Assembly (NCBI RefSeq): GCF_001194135.2
Contig: NC_068986.1
Location: 34,763,906 to 34,827,905 of the forward strand
Direction: 5' to 3'
Length of the DNA stretch: 64,000 nucleotides
From: Octopus bimaculoides
Taxonomy: Eukaryota
The notes beneath the pieces were generated by a model. It made no database searches. It was not told where the DNA came from and saw only the letters and a list, made by a program, of their open reading frames with translations. Made by a program: the position numbers and the translations under genes. This document shows, piece by piece, positions 47,376 to 61,060 of this stretch; the stretch's first letter is position 1, and each line of letters starts with the position of its first letter.

Positions 47376-50025
47376 TGTGTGACTAATGTAAGCTATTAGA
47401 GTGTTGGAGTGAAAGAAAGAGTACAGCAAAAGTAGATTTGAAGTCTTGCTGTATCCAATAGTCTTCTCATCACTTAGTCGGGAGGATAGGAAGCACTAGT
47501 CATCTTTTCAGAGTTTCTGTGACTGATATAAAGAAGGGACAAAATTATCTGCAAGACCAGAGACCTAGTTTGAATGTCAACGGCAGGATGAACTCTACTA
47601 GCCAAAGGATAGTATTTAAAAAGTGATAGATTAATTCTACCACCCTGAAACAGATATTTCCTCCTCCATTGAACTTTCATACAATTTCTCCCTACAAAAT
47701 TTCATTCACAGAAATCCGTCCCTCTATTGGGCTTTCATGCAATTACTGCCCACAAAATTTCATTCACAAGACCAAAAATTATGGTGATGTGCAGGGCTAT
47801 CTTAGCAGTGTTATAGGCATTCAGGAAAATGAATACAGGGGGCCCTAAAGTATATTTTCATTAGCAGCAAGCAATAACATACATAGATCACAATTTGGGT
47901 CATTAGACACATCAAGCCACCTGCAGCTGCCCAGTGTGCTCGTCCCTCAAGATAGCACTGGTAGTGAGATTGAGCCCAAATTTATGTCATCATAAAGCAA
48001 ACTTCTTAACTGCATGGCTATGCCTGCACCCATTGATGTGTGTGTGTGCATGCGTGCACATGCATTCCTCTCTTTATTGCATTTATAAAACTACTCACTC
48101 TTAAATAAATAAAATAAACAGAAGCCAGTGTAGGTCTGGTGGCTCCTTTTTCAGAATGCAGCTGTCTTGGAGTCACTTCCCTACCCAATTCATCTATCAG
48201 GTGTGTGGGTGGAGTGCCATGTCCATACACTTCATCTCTTGTATAATAATAAAACAAGCAAGATTCTTTTAATATAATTAACAGTGTGCTCATTAAAAAG
48301 TTATTTATAATATTTGGTTACAATATGCTTAAAGCAGCCAGTCTAAAGATCTTGATTAAAATGTATGTAGCTCCTGTGTGTTAAAATATTAGAGATAACA
48401 GCACTGTTGGCTTCTGAGATAAAGGCAAAAATATAAATTTAAAAAAAAAACAGAAAAGAAAAGAAAAATGGTCATTTTTGTTTTTTCTTCGTGCCTCTTT
48501 CAATAACTATTTACTTGTTTAGTGCTGCCAATAGTGTTTTTTTGTTTTTGGTGGATAGTGGATGAAGTGGGTGTGCAATGAGGTTTCAGGGTGGATCTAT
48601 CTAGTAGTAAACTGTGATGGGTGGGATATTGTTGTTGTAGTTGTAATAGTAATAGCAGCAGCAGCAATAATAATAATAATGATAATAATAATAATCCTTT
48701 CTATTAAAGGCACAAGGNNNNNNNNNNNNNNNNNNNNNNNNNNNNNNNNNNNNNNNNNNNNNNNNNNNNNNNNNNNNNNNNNNNNNNNNNNNNNNNNNNN
48801 NNNNNNNNNNNNNNNNNNNNNNNNNNNNNNNNNNNNNNNNNNNNNNNNNNNNNNNNNNNNNNNNNNNNNNNNNNNNNNNNNNNNNNNNNNNNNNNNNNNN
48901 NNNNNNNNNNNNNNNNNNNNNNNNNNNNNNNNNNNNNNNNNNNNNNNNNNNNNNNNNNNNNNNNNNNNNNNNNNNNNNNNNNNNNNNNNNNNNNNNNNNN
49001 NNNNNNNNNNNNNNNNNNNNNNNNNNNNNNNNNNNNNNNNNNNNNNNNNNNNNNNNNNNNNNNNNNNNNNNNNNNNNNNNNNNNNNNNNNNNNNNNNNNN
49101 NNNNNNNNNNNNNNNNNNNNNNNNNNNNNNNNNNNNNNNNNNNNGGGGGGGGGGGTTGTTACTGTGGTAGTAACAAAATTTCAGTCCCAGTTGACAAGTA
49201 GCTCTTCTTATCTATTACATCTCTGTTCATTGTGATTAATAATCAACCAGTTTTTTTGACTTGACTATATTTATATTAGTATGCATACACGTATACAGAT
49301 AGTTGTTGTTTTTTAACATTCTTCTTCAACTCATTTCCACATATCTCTCTTTTGGCCTTTTCACTGTCCTTTCTTTAATTCCCCCAATCCCTACATCTTT
49401 CTAACTCTCATCCCATGCTCTCATCATACTCATTCTTACAGTGGTTTTTACATTATGAGGTGTGGGGTATCACTCTACATAAAATCTTTCTTGCTTCAGT
49501 TACATCTAACTTTGTTCATAACATGTTATGTTACTGTGCTCCTGTATTAATATTGTGCTGACATATGCACCAGAAAGCTAACTTTCTTAATAACATAGGC
49601 GCTAACTATGAAAATAATACATTACTTTAGAATTATTAAAATTTTGTATTACAGTTCACTGGAGAGGAATGGACAAATTGATGGGAAAATTACAAATAGA
49701 ATGGAAGTATAAGTCTAGGGGGTCATGATGTGTATTTAAAATAAAACTTTAAAAAACAGATAAATAAAAACCACTTTGCTGCTGGTACACATTCTGTCTG
49801 GTCAGGATAATTGTAGTAGATGTGTAGTAAAAACATTTCAGGTGAAAGGGCATGACAAAAGGTAAAACTTAATGAGTAAGAACTACATTTATGATGTACA
49901 ATAACTGTCATTATATCACATCAGATTTTATTCAAATTCATGCACTAGTTACATTTTTATGATTTTTTTTTATAATTGGCCTAACTACATTTCATCAAAA
50001 TCTCTAAGTATATATTGTAAATACT

Positions 50026-50120
50026 TCAGGACTCTAGTCAGTCAGGACTCTAGTCAATCAGGACTCTAGTCAATCAGGACTCTAGTCAATTCAGGACTCT
50101 CGTCAATTCAGGACTCTAGT
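50026..50120. repeat. Minisatellite, about six copies of TCAGGACTCTAGTCAR(T) (16-17 bp)
   Basis: Direct tandem units with no spacers. Confidence 0.95.
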
Positions 50121-50194
50121 AGTTCAAGTATTATATTGGTACTCTGTTGTTGTTGTTTGTTGTTAGATATCTTCTTTTACATATTTTTTTTTAA

Positions 50195-50570
50195 TTGTTT
50201 CGATCATTAAACTGCAGCCATGCTGGAGCACCACCATGAAGGGTTTTGTAAAACAAATCAACCCCAGTACTTCTTTTTTAAAGTTTTTTAAAGATTCTGT
50301 CGGTCTCTTTTTACCAAACTGCTAAGTTACTGGGATGTAAACAAATCCATGGCAGTTGTCAAGTGGTGGAGAGATAGGGGAGCACACACATACATGCATA
50401 CACATACACAACAGGCTTCATTTAGTTTCCATCTACCAAAATCCACTCACAAGGCTTTGGTCAGCTCAGGGCTCTAATAGAAGATACGTGCTTAAAGTTC
50501 CACATAGTAGGACTGAACCCAAGACCACATGGCTGGGAAACAAGTTTCTTAACCAAACAGCCATGCCTGC
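50195..50570 (-). mobile_element. SINE family A
   Basis: Full rc copy ending CAGCCATGCCTGC. Confidence 0.88.
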
Positions 50571-51382
50571 AAAAATTTTATTAAAAAAATGTATTCCTCT
50601 TGTGGATGTTTCACTAGAGCTTGGATTCACAACAGACAGGTCACTGATGTTCTTCATGGGTTTCAAACTGTTTCAAAAATTCTTTGAATTTAATATATTT
50701 CTAGACTATTGAACAGTTGATGGTTTATAGATAGTCATTTTGTGTCGCAATCTGTTTGAATTTTTGCTTACGTAACCCTTGCCAATGATAGGAATGGAGT
50801 GGGTGGATACACAAGGATATTTTTCTATGTAAGATATAATATATTTGGGCCATGAATATTTGTGAAAAAAGCAAATGTGGGCCATTACACATAGATGTTG
50901 TTGCTCCCTGCAAATGTCACATCAGCTCATCAGAAAAGACTTGGAGTAAAACAGTCAGTTCAGACAACTGCATTTATGGGTTCAGGAGGGCCTAGGAGGT
51001 AGGGCTATTCTTATAGTTTATCCAACTTATTTGACTGAAGTGAACGTTGGTGTTAAATTAATGGCAAGGGGTGATGATGTAACCTTCATAAATAAACTGA
51101 ATCTCAGAATCCTTAAAAATTAATGGATTCCCCACCCCCTCTGTCTCTCTGTCTTTCTCTCAGATATAACATGTAAAGAATATGAAGTAGGATAATAGCT
51201 CTGTATGTGTATGTTTGTGAGTGTGTAAAATAATGAAGGCACTATACACAATATAAAACCAAAATGGAAAAAAAATCAATCACTCATTGTGACTGAGGGT
51301 GCAGGGTAGCACCTACATTGCTAGAAATAAGAGCCAAAAAGCCCTTATAGCTGCAGGAAGCACATCATATATTGACAGGGTA

Positions 51383-51413
<31 letters not shown>

Positions 51414-51416
51414 CTT

Positions 51417-51833
51417 TTTTACTCTTTTACCTGTTTCAGTCATTTGACTGTGGCCATGCTGGAGCCACCGCCTTTAGTCGAGCAAATCGACCCCAGGACT
51501 TATTCTTTGTAAGCCTAGTACTTATTCTATAGGTCTCTTTTGCTGAACCGCTAAGTTATGGGGACATAAACACACCAGCATTGGTTGTCAAGCGATGTTG
51601 GGGTGGGGGGACAAACACAGACACACAAACATATACACACACACATACATACATATATATATACATACATATATATGATGGGCTCCTTTCAGTTTCCGTC
51701 TACCAAATCTACTCACAAGGCTTTGATCGGCCCGAGGCTATACTAGAAGACACTTGCCCAAGGTGCCATGCAGTGGGAACTGAACCCAGAACCATGTGGT
51801 TGGTAAGCAAGCTACTTACCTCACAGCCACTCC
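51417..51833 (-). mobile_element. SINE family A, young copy
   Basis: Retains CpGs and is nearly identical to 53808-54288. The sense tail is (AAAAGAGT)n. Confidence 0.92.
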
Positions 51834-51835
51834 TA

Positions 51836-51893
<58 letters not shown>

Positions 51894-52743
51894 TAGTTAT
51901 ACTCACACACACACACACACCACTAGAAGAGTGCCGAATTTGCTTCCTTTTGTTATATTAGAACACCAAACTTACAAGGAGAGAATTCATTCCCCCTGTC
52001 CTTCGCCCTGCCCCTCCCCCCTTTCCAGCCCCCATCACCACACCCACCCTTGTGATGCAACCTAATGCAGGGCATACAATACACGGCTTCAGCTGCATTG
52101 TGCATATTGATTTAAAAAGAAATTGTTAATACGATGCAGTTATATTGCAAATATTTATGTGTCTGTGGCTGGTCCATGCATCATGCATATTTACTGTTTG
52201 CAAGCAAGGCAATTGCCAAGTATTGTTAGCTTATGTGGATGATGGAGATATTAGTCTTGGGACAAATAGCAACATTGCGTGCATGTGCACGTCTGTCTGT
52301 CTGTATGTATGTATGTATGTGTGGGGTTTTTTTTTTTTTTTTTTTTTAAAAACACCAACATGAACGTCTATGATGATGGTGATGATGATAGTAATAATAA
52401 TAAGGATAATAATGATGATGATGATGATAATGATAGCTGAATGTGAACTGGCTAAAGCTGTTGTTCATGTTAAGAACTTAAAACTCTACTGTTTTACTTA
52501 TATTGCTGTAGAATCTTTTTTTAATTTTAGATGTTTGTTGCCAACTTCGGCACCATCATCAATGCCGCCACCACCACCACTTCTAGCAACAGTAGCTTTT
52601 ATATTCTTCTTTTTTTTTTTTTTTTCTGGTGTTTCTTGATTTTCCATTCCTTACTCTGCTATTGATAACATTTCTTGCATTTCTTTTCCATTCCAAGTTT
52701 TTTATTTTATTTTATTTTATATTTATTATCACCATCATCATTT

Positions 52744-52793
<50 letters not shown>

Positions 52794-53567
52794 TTTTTTT
52801 TTTTTGTAAAGTGTGATAAATTATTTCATCGCCTTTAGAAATACTGCTGACTGTTTCTTTCTGTCTTTTTCTTTGGGCACTATCTGATTGTTGCTGCTGA
52901 AGAAAGAACTTATCAGATTTTTTTTTATATATTTATTATATTTTATGTTTTGCATTTATTATTATTATTATTATTATTATCATCATTATTATTATCATCT
53001 TTCTCCCCCCATTTTTTTTTATTTTGGTAAGAAGAAGTGTGTGGGGTGGTGGTGGCGGTGGAGGGTTTTGGAACTGAAGGAATTACCATATTCAAACAAA
53101 AGAGAAATATTACAGCGCTGTTTCTTAATGCCATTGCCATGTAGCTCCACTACACACCTCATTGTCAATCCAGGAGTTTCATTTCAAATGAAAATTAATG
53201 TAATTTTAGAGAAATGCAAAAAAATAAATAAATAAATAAAAAAGTCTTTAAGCATTTATTTATGACATATATGTACGTATGTGTGTGTATGTATAAATAT
53301 CTGTGTGTGTATGTTGTGTGTATATGTATGCATGTATATACATGTGTGCGTATCTTTTGTATAGCCCTAGGTTAGCCCCGATTGAAATGCCATTCCTGCA
53401 GCGACTGTCCTATCTTTTCTGAAAAGCAATTTGGCATACTTAGATTTAGCTGCTATTTCTAGCAAGTCAAGTAACTGCATATAGTCTCCTTCATTGGTCT
53501 CGTTTTCATCTCCTGTTTCTTTAATGCAATATTTCAGAGCATATAATATTGTTTGAATGTGATTCAA

Positions 53568-53720
53568 GGTGACAAGCTGGCAGAATCGTTAGAGCATCAG
53601 AAACATTGTTTTGTGGCATTCGTTGCAGTACATTACATCCTAGGTTCAAATCCACTAGGGTCACTTTGCCTTTCAACCTTAAGGATCAAGTACCCAAGTT
53701 GAAAGTACAATAAACCTTCA
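53568..53720 (+). mobile_element. SINE family B, 3'-truncated
   Basis: AAGGTGACAAGCTGGCAGAATCGTTAG...GGTTCAAATCC...TTTGCCTTTCAACCTT. Confidence 0.85.
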
Positions 53721-53807
53721 ATTAGCACAGGTGTTACGCCCCTCCCCATCCCCAGGACGATAGGTGAAAATCTACGAAGTAGAAACAGTACTGTATATTT
53801 TTTATAA

Positions 53808-54083
53808 TTTACTCTTTTTACTCTTTTACTTGTTTTAGTCATTTGACTGTGGCCATGCTGGAGCACCGCCTTTTTAGTCGAGCTAATCGACCCCAGGACT
53901 TATTCTTTGTAAGCTTAGTATTTATTCTATCGGTCTCATTAGCTGAACTGTTAAGTTACGGGGACGTAAACACACCAGCATCAGTTGTCAAGTGATGTTG
54001 TGGGGACAAACACACACACACACAAACATACACACACACACACACACACACACANNNNNNNNNNCAAACACACACACACACAA

Positions 54084-54127
<44 letters not shown>

Positions 54128-54288
54128 ATATATACGATGGGCTTCTTTCAATTTCCGTCTACCAAATCCACTCACGAAGCTTTGGTCGGCCTGAGGCTAT
54201 ACTAGAAGACACTTGCCCAAGGTGCCACGCAGTGGGACTGAACCCGGAACCATGTGGTTCGTAAGCAAGCTACTTACCACACAGCCAC
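53808..54288 (-). mobile_element. SINE family A, young copy
   Basis: Full rc copy with expanded central (CA)n and a 10-N gap. Confidence 0.92.
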
Positions 54289-55024
54289 TGTATATATTTA
54301 TTTTATTATGAATGCAAAACAACACCACAGAGGAATCGACACAAACTTAAATAACAAACCATGATAGGTGAACCGTGAAATGGCTAGCAGTCATTGTATT
54401 GACTACTAACTCTTCCCCATAAAACTGCAGGTCTGGTTCCTAAATTAGAAACATTTAAAACTGGTTCTAAATTCCTCACAATTCTTTTTAAGAATCCAAC
54501 TTTATACTGTAAGAAGTGGTAGCCATATTTTCTAAACAGATAGCAGATGATGATACTTGGTAGTTTTCTTTTAGTTTCAATAATTTCTGTTTTGATTAAC
54601 CTTTGCCTGTCCTGTGTATCACATGTAGTACATATTTTCCTGGTATCCATACACTATATATGATACATATTCTTTTTTTTTTTCCCCATTTGCCAAAATA
54701 ACTTGGGACATACGAAGGAAAGCTTTATATTACTCAGAACATATTAAACAAGAGTTAACAGTTTGAAAAGAAGCATGGATGTTTAGGGCAAACTTATAAA
54801 AAGGGTTTGGGCAGACAGGGTTAATAAAAAAAAAAAAAAGACCTTCCTCAAGAGCTGGAGTTTTAAACTTAAGACATGGCTTGCCATTATTACTGCCACC
54901 TTTCAGAAGTGGAAGCTTGTTTTTAAATTCTTCACATGAACTTAAAACTTCACTTATATTTCTAAGAGACCGTCATCCATTTTCTATTCTTTTGATGTTT
55001 TTTTTTTTATTTAAATTTTTTGTT

Positions 55025-55037
55025 TTAATCTAGAAAG

Positions 55038-55127
<90 letters not shown>
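55025..55127. repeat. Long (CT)n microsatellite. Other major tracts: (TA)n 61970-62027, (ATT/AGT/AGC)n 23036-23106, (ATT)n 52745-52790, mixed (GT)/(TA)/(CA) 56077-56360 and 4400-4680
   Basis: Directly visible simple repeats. Confidence 0.97.
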
Positions 55128-55130
<3 letters not shown>

Positions 55131-55187
55131 CTCTCTTTTCTACTGTCCCTCTACCATACTCTGGCCTCTCGCCACCTAGTACTAAGC

Positions 55188-55411
55188 CACCTTTAGCATT
55201 AAAATTACTCTGTCAAATGTAAAGCTTTTATATTCACATCATTTTAAATTAATCATGCATTATTTTATGGCTTTGAGATTTCAATGATGTGATTGTTTAA
55301 TTTCAAAATGACACTGCCGGGTAAGTGTGAAAGGCCAGATCTGACCAGCTTGAAGATAAAACAGAATATTCTAGCCAGATTTGACTGGTTTAATAAATGC
55401 TAAAGGCTTAA
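55188..55411 (-). mobile_element. MITE family I, reverse orientation
   Basis: CACCTTTAGCATT ... AATGCTAAAGGC TTAA. Body is the rc of 40501-40714. Confidence 0.85.
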
Positions 55412-55424
55412 TACTGTTCCCCAC

Positions 55425-55670
55425 TCAGTTGAGGATCTTGTCTTGCAAATTACTTGGTGATCTTGCTGGTTCTGGTGCTAGGGTCACACAGAAAGTACCA
55501 GCACACTCTGTAAAGTGGTTTGCATTGAAAAAGAGCATCCAGTTGTAGAAACCATGCCAAAGCAGACAGTGAAGCTTGGTGCAGTCTTCTGGCTTATCAG
55601 CCCCTGTCAAACCGTCCAACCCATACCAGCATGGAAGGTAGACATTAAATGATGGTGATTGGTGATGAAA
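55425..55670 (+). mobile_element. Family E 3' end (RTE-like tail)
   Basis: GCATCCAGTTGTAGAAACCATGCCAAA...CCGTCCAACCCATACCAGCATGGAAGGTAGACATTAAATGATGGTGAT. Confidence 0.8.
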
Positions 55671-56150
55671 GCGATGGCTCATCTCATTCTCAGACCACCT
55701 GGTTTCTTCTTAATTGCTAAAATATATCTTAAACGGTGCAATCATTTCCTCACCTTTACCCCCCACACTCTATACACCTCCTCTGTGTCATTGATTAAAA
55801 GTAGTCTGATGCACTTCGACAATCAGTCAGAGCCTAATTGAGACAATCCACAGTATTTACGTTGGCACCAGAAGTTAGATGCCAGCTGACTAAGCTTGCA
55901 GTTCCTGTGTTTTCTGTTGCCCAATCTTATATTGTACTAATATTTATATTGATGTTAGACAATTCACATCTTTGGTTGGCAACATTATTGCTGGTTGTTG
56001 CTTTTGTTTCTCTTCTTCTCTTGAAGCTAACATCTGTTTATAATGTTTAATAGTAAACAGAGTCCCATGAACGAGTATGTGTGTGTGTGTGTGTGTGTAT
56101 TTATACATATATAATGAATATATGTGTGTTAATATGTGTATGTGTATATA

Positions 56151-56186
<36 letters not shown>

Positions 56187-56285
56187 GATCTATATAAAAT
56201 TGTGTGTACGTACATGTATACATGTGTGTGGGTGTGTATGTATATGTGCACATATGTATCAATATATATATATACATATATGTAT

Positions 56286-56360
<75 letters not shown>

Positions 56361-57458
56361 GTCTTTTTGTGGGAACTGTGAGTTTGTCCATTCCTTAAAT
56401 GGAACTGCATTAAATTTTGTGATCTTAATCAGTATTACTTTTCTTTTCTTTTCTTTACTTTTACAATAACATTGCAAAATGTTTTTTTTTTTGCTTTTTG
56501 TCCCCCCCCCCCCCCCATTTGCCATCAAGAGATAATGGACGTTAAAGAGAAACACTGTAATTAAAAGCAAATGATTTGCAGTGTTCACATTGAAGCTTAT
56601 TCCGTAACCTTAATGTTTTTAAATTCAACCATTCTTTTTAATGTCATGTATGATTTTTATTCCATATAAGAAATCGGAAGACAATCATGCCAATTCAAAA
56701 ATCTAATTGAAATATTAATCAATAATACATGAGATGTGGGTGTTGGTGGTGGGAGTCTTTAAAATTTTTGAATGTCAAATTTCCTTTCCTGATGCGTTCT
56801 ATCAGTGATAATGAACTTTCGGCTACTAATATCTTCCATTCTCTATGCATCCACTTAACTGTGTGAAATGGGGCAAGTCCTTTAGCTTGGTAGTATCAAG
56901 AACCCAATGACTGCTATGCATTCTTCTTTTATCTGGTAGAGTGAGGTCATTATATGTAGAAATCATGTCCTCCGCAAAGTATTCAGCTAACTAGTGTCTA
57001 GTGCATAGTAAATGTCAACAGCAAAGGTTAAGTTTCCTTGTCCTCTTCAGTATTTAAATTGAACTTCATGCATTAAACATGAAGTCTCAATGTTTAACCA
57101 GCCAGGGGCTGCCGCTAGAACTCCTAGCAGTAGGAATAACTACTTCAGCAAAATTCCTTTATTCCAAAATAGAATTAAACAAAACAAAACGGATTATTTA
57201 GTTCATTTATGACGCCACTATGTTATTTTTGTTTGATTTCAGTAGGTGTGTGGGTGGAAGGGACTTTGATTTCCCCCCTCCCATGAAACATTCTTCATCT
57301 AAGAATGAAGTGGCATGTTGGGGATAAGTGCCTCCCAACCCAATGGCCTCTCTTACTGTGTTGATAAGGCAAACAGTCAACAGCAAAAAATTTTCGTGGG
57401 ACTTTATTTTCTTTCCTTCATTTTATGTTTCGCGGTGTTAATATTTTATGGTACCCCT

Positions 57459-57668
57459 TAAGGTAACGATGCTAACGAGAATTGTTAGCACACTGGGCAA
57501 AATGCTTAACAACATCTCGTCCATCTTTACATTCTGAGTTCAAATTCTACTGAAGTCGACTTTACTTTTCATCCTTTTGGGGTTGATAAAATAAGTACCT
57601 GGAGTTAATATAATTGACTTACCCACCTCCCCTAAAATTGCTGGCCTTGCACCAAAATTTGAAACAAC
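57459..57668 (+). mobile_element. SINE family B with probable 17-bp target-site duplication
   Basis: Flanks TATTTTATGGTACCCCT (57442-57458) and TATTTCATGGTGCCCCT (57669-57685), 15/17 identical. Confidence 0.88.
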
Positions 57669-58076
57669 TATTTCATGGTGCCCCTATATCCATTCCCTTC
57701 AGAAAATGATAAAATTCTTTAGTTATACAGCAGAAATGGTTAAAACACAATCAATTCCTAATTTATATTATTTTTATATCACATTTTTTATGAAAAATAT
57801 CAGTGTTGGTTACAGGATATCCAATGGGTCACTGCATTTATAATGACAGTGAAATAGTGATAATTTGGGTGGAACAAATACCAAAAGGTATTTTTGTTCA
57901 AAAGTACTGGTTTATTGGTTTTCTAGTTAATCAGTTTTTATTATACACTGGTGAAAGATATACACACAGATAGACAGGATTATTTTGAATGTCAAATTTC
58001 CTATCCTAATGTAATTCTCACATTGGTAATGAGTGATTGGCTGCTGGTGTCTTTTATTCTATATGCATCTGCTTAA

Positions 58077-58702
58077 CACTTTTGATACTGGCTTGCCTAA
58101 AATCACCCCTAGGTCTCTGATAAAAACTTCCGGTTTTGAAGTGATCTAAATTCAAATCTTCTCTCAAAATTTCAATTTAAGTTCCAAACACCAGCTTAAT
58201 AATTCTTTCCACTATAGGCACAAGGCCTGAAATTTTGAGGGGAGGGGAATAGACTTAACGAGTACTTATTTTATTGGCCTCCGAAAGGATGAAAGGCAAA
58301 GTCAACCTCAATGGAACTGGAACTTGGAACTTAATGACGTGCAAAATACCACTGAGCATTTTTTGTTCAATGCATGCTAAGGATTCTACCAGCTTGTCGC
58401 CTTACACCAGTTTAATTATGGTTTCAAGTTTTGGCACAAGGCCAGCAATTTCGGGTAAGAGGATAAGGCGATTACATCAACCTGTTCAACTGATACTTAT
58501 TTTATTGATCCCAAAAGCTGAAGTTTAACTCAGAGCATAAGGATGGACAAAATATTACTAGGCATTTCATTTGGTGTGCTAATGATTCTGCCAGCTTGCC
58601 ATCTTAATAATGATAATGACAGTTAATTTATTAAATTCTTCATTCTTTTCAAAATTATTACAAACAGTTGAATATTTCGATAGAAATACACTAACAGAAG
58701 GG
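58077..58702. mobile_element. MITE family J-related copy with two nested minus-strand SINE B copies (about 58205-58400 and 58425-58605)
   Basis: TTAA (58073-58076) CACTTTTGATACT ... CTAACAGAAGGG TTAA (58703-58706). The halves align by eye with the rc of 25979-26184. Confidence 0.8.
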
Positions 58703-59204
58703 TTAAGCTATGTGAAGGAACAAGTCCTTTCGTATAATAGTATCTAGAACCCAATGTCTGCCATGTATTCTTCTTTTATCTAATATAGAGAGGTCATTAT
58801 ATGTATAGACCATGTCCACAGTGTCTGATGTATACTAAATGTGTTTAGTTACCATTTCAGACATTCACAGGGATATGTGTGTGCGTAGTTTAAGTCAAGG
58901 TGAAGAGGCAGTTTGAGAATTTGATATTCTAGTCTTTCATCTGACAATTTTGATAATTTACCTGGAGAAACTGCAGTAAATCATAATCTTGGACTGTCTT
59001 CAACTTGGTATATGTGATTTATTTTGTTCTACATCTTCATAACAGTGAGCGTATGGCAGAGGTGTGTGTGTGTGCACGTGCGTATACTTACGTGTATGCA
59101 TGCATGCATGTATGTATACGCATATAAAACTCTCTACTTTGAATAAGATAGCAATTCACACCACTGTGAAACCACATGCACACACATACACAATTATATG
59201 TACA

Positions 59205-59532
59205 TGTATGTTTTCTTTCAGTGTCTGTCTCCCAAATTCACTTTCAAAGCTTTGGTTGGCATTGAGCTATAGTAGGGAACACTTACCCAAGGTGCCACAC
59301 AGTGGGACCAGAGCCTGAAACCATGTGGTTGAGGAAGCTGATCATGTATACATACATACATACATGTATATTTATATACATACATACATACATGCATGAT
59401 CAGCTTCCAAATTCTACTTGAGAGACACTGGTTAATCCAATGCTATAACAAAAGGCACTCTACTCCAGGTGCCACACACCAAGGTTGAACTTGGAACCAT
59501 GTGGTTGAGAAGCAGATCTCTTTAATCACACA
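59205..59532 (-). mobile_element. Two tandem SINE A head fragments; similar heads at 22005-22152, 47885-48030 and 61325-61430
   Basis: CCAAGGTGCCACACAGTGGGAC...AACCATGTGGTTGAG occurs twice. Confidence 0.75.
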
Positions 59533-60313
59533 CCGATGTTTATGCCTGTGATTAATAAGTTAATACGATTTATTATTATTAAAAAGAATAATTGTGATTA
59601 AGCACAAATGTTTTATGATTTCTTTTATAATATAAATTTATAAATTTTTGTTTCAAGGGTACAAATTTATTATCAAAAAACACTGTGAGCTGCTTTTATT
59701 TCTTCATATTGTTTCATAGCTGAATCTTTACAAAAATTCCATCCAATTTCTTCCCCTGGCTTCTTGTTACCTGATCTTCCTGTCTTGAATTAGCTAGCCA
59801 TTTCTAATGACCCTTCTATTATGCTGCAAATTTGGACTTTTGCATTGATGCTTGCAGTAGTTTTCTTATATATTTTTCTCCTAATACTCTTATTGTTACC
59901 AGCCACAGTAGAAGAAACCGAAATGTCAGCATCTGGAATTAGCAACAGCTTATTTTCCAAGCAGCATTAGTACTTATCACAGAAAGTAAAAAAAAAAAAA
60001 AAAATTCTCACAAATTTGGATTAGATGTTTTTTTATTCCTTTTTTTAATTTATGTAAGAATATGCTTTTGTTTTAAATTTGCATTTGCCAAACTTTGTTA
60101 TGTAATATTTGTTTTGTGTAATATTCGAGATTAATTTCTGTTGACTATAAAATAATTCCAAAACTACCTTTAATCTTTTCTTTTTTTTTTTTATTAATAT
60201 TTTCTCTTCTTAAGTACCTTTGCAATAATTTTCTTTTCTTTTTATTATTCTTTTCCTGAAGATACACAATGTGACATTGGTTCACACATGCGTGTGCGTC
60301 TGCACTCATACAC

Positions 60314-60345
<32 letters not shown>

Positions 60346-60689
60346 NNNNNNNNNNNNNNNNNNNNNCCCCCCCATTATACAGTATATGATTCTGACTACT
60401 TGACATTTAGATGTTACCTTTGTTTCTTAATGTCACCTGTGCTACTATCGAAATGCTTTACAGAGTTTTTATTGTGGATTCTAAGCTTTATGTTCCTCCT
60501 ATAAGATATTGTACTCTACTTTCACTTAGTTTGCCATTGTTTCACTTGGTCACCTATTATGTTTTAAATCTGAACATAGAGACATACAGCAGATTCACCA
60601 ACAAAAACACAACAGTTACATTGTGAACAATATCTGTGTGTATGTGTGTGTTTGTCATTTTTCTTTTAGCTCTGTAATACAAGTTAAGT

Positions 60690-61060
60690 GGTGGCGCAAT
60701 GGCCCAGTCGTTAGGGCAGCGGACTCGCGTTCGTAGGATCGCGGTTTCAGTTCCCAGACCGAGTGTTGTGAACGTTTATTGGGCGAAAACACCTAAAGCT
60801 CCACAAGGCTCCGGCAGTGGATGGTGGCAATCCCTGCTGTACTCTTCCACCACAACTTTCTCTCACTCTTACTGCCTGTTTCTGTTGTACTTGTATTTTC
60901 AAAGGGCCAGCCTTGTCACACTCTGTGTCTCACTGAGTATCCCCGAGAACTATGTTAAGGGTACACGTGTCTGTGGAGTGCTCAGCCACTTGCATGTTAA
61001 TTTCACGAGCAGGCTGGTTCCGCAAGCAATGTACCCAGAGAGAAAGTTTTTACATTCGCT
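60690..61060 (+). mobile_element. SINE family F, near-full copy with tRNA-Arg-like head
   Basis: GGCGCAATGGCCCAGTCGTTAGGGCAGCGGACTCGCG...CCCAGACCG, CpG-rich, with a unique body of about 300 bp. tRNA-Arg-derived SINEs (OR1/OR2) are known from octopus; that assignment is not verified. Confidence 0.8.

Noticed and set aside
50026-50120. CRISPR-like array
   Set aside because: Units are contiguous with no unique spacers, and the context is eukaryotic with no cas genes.
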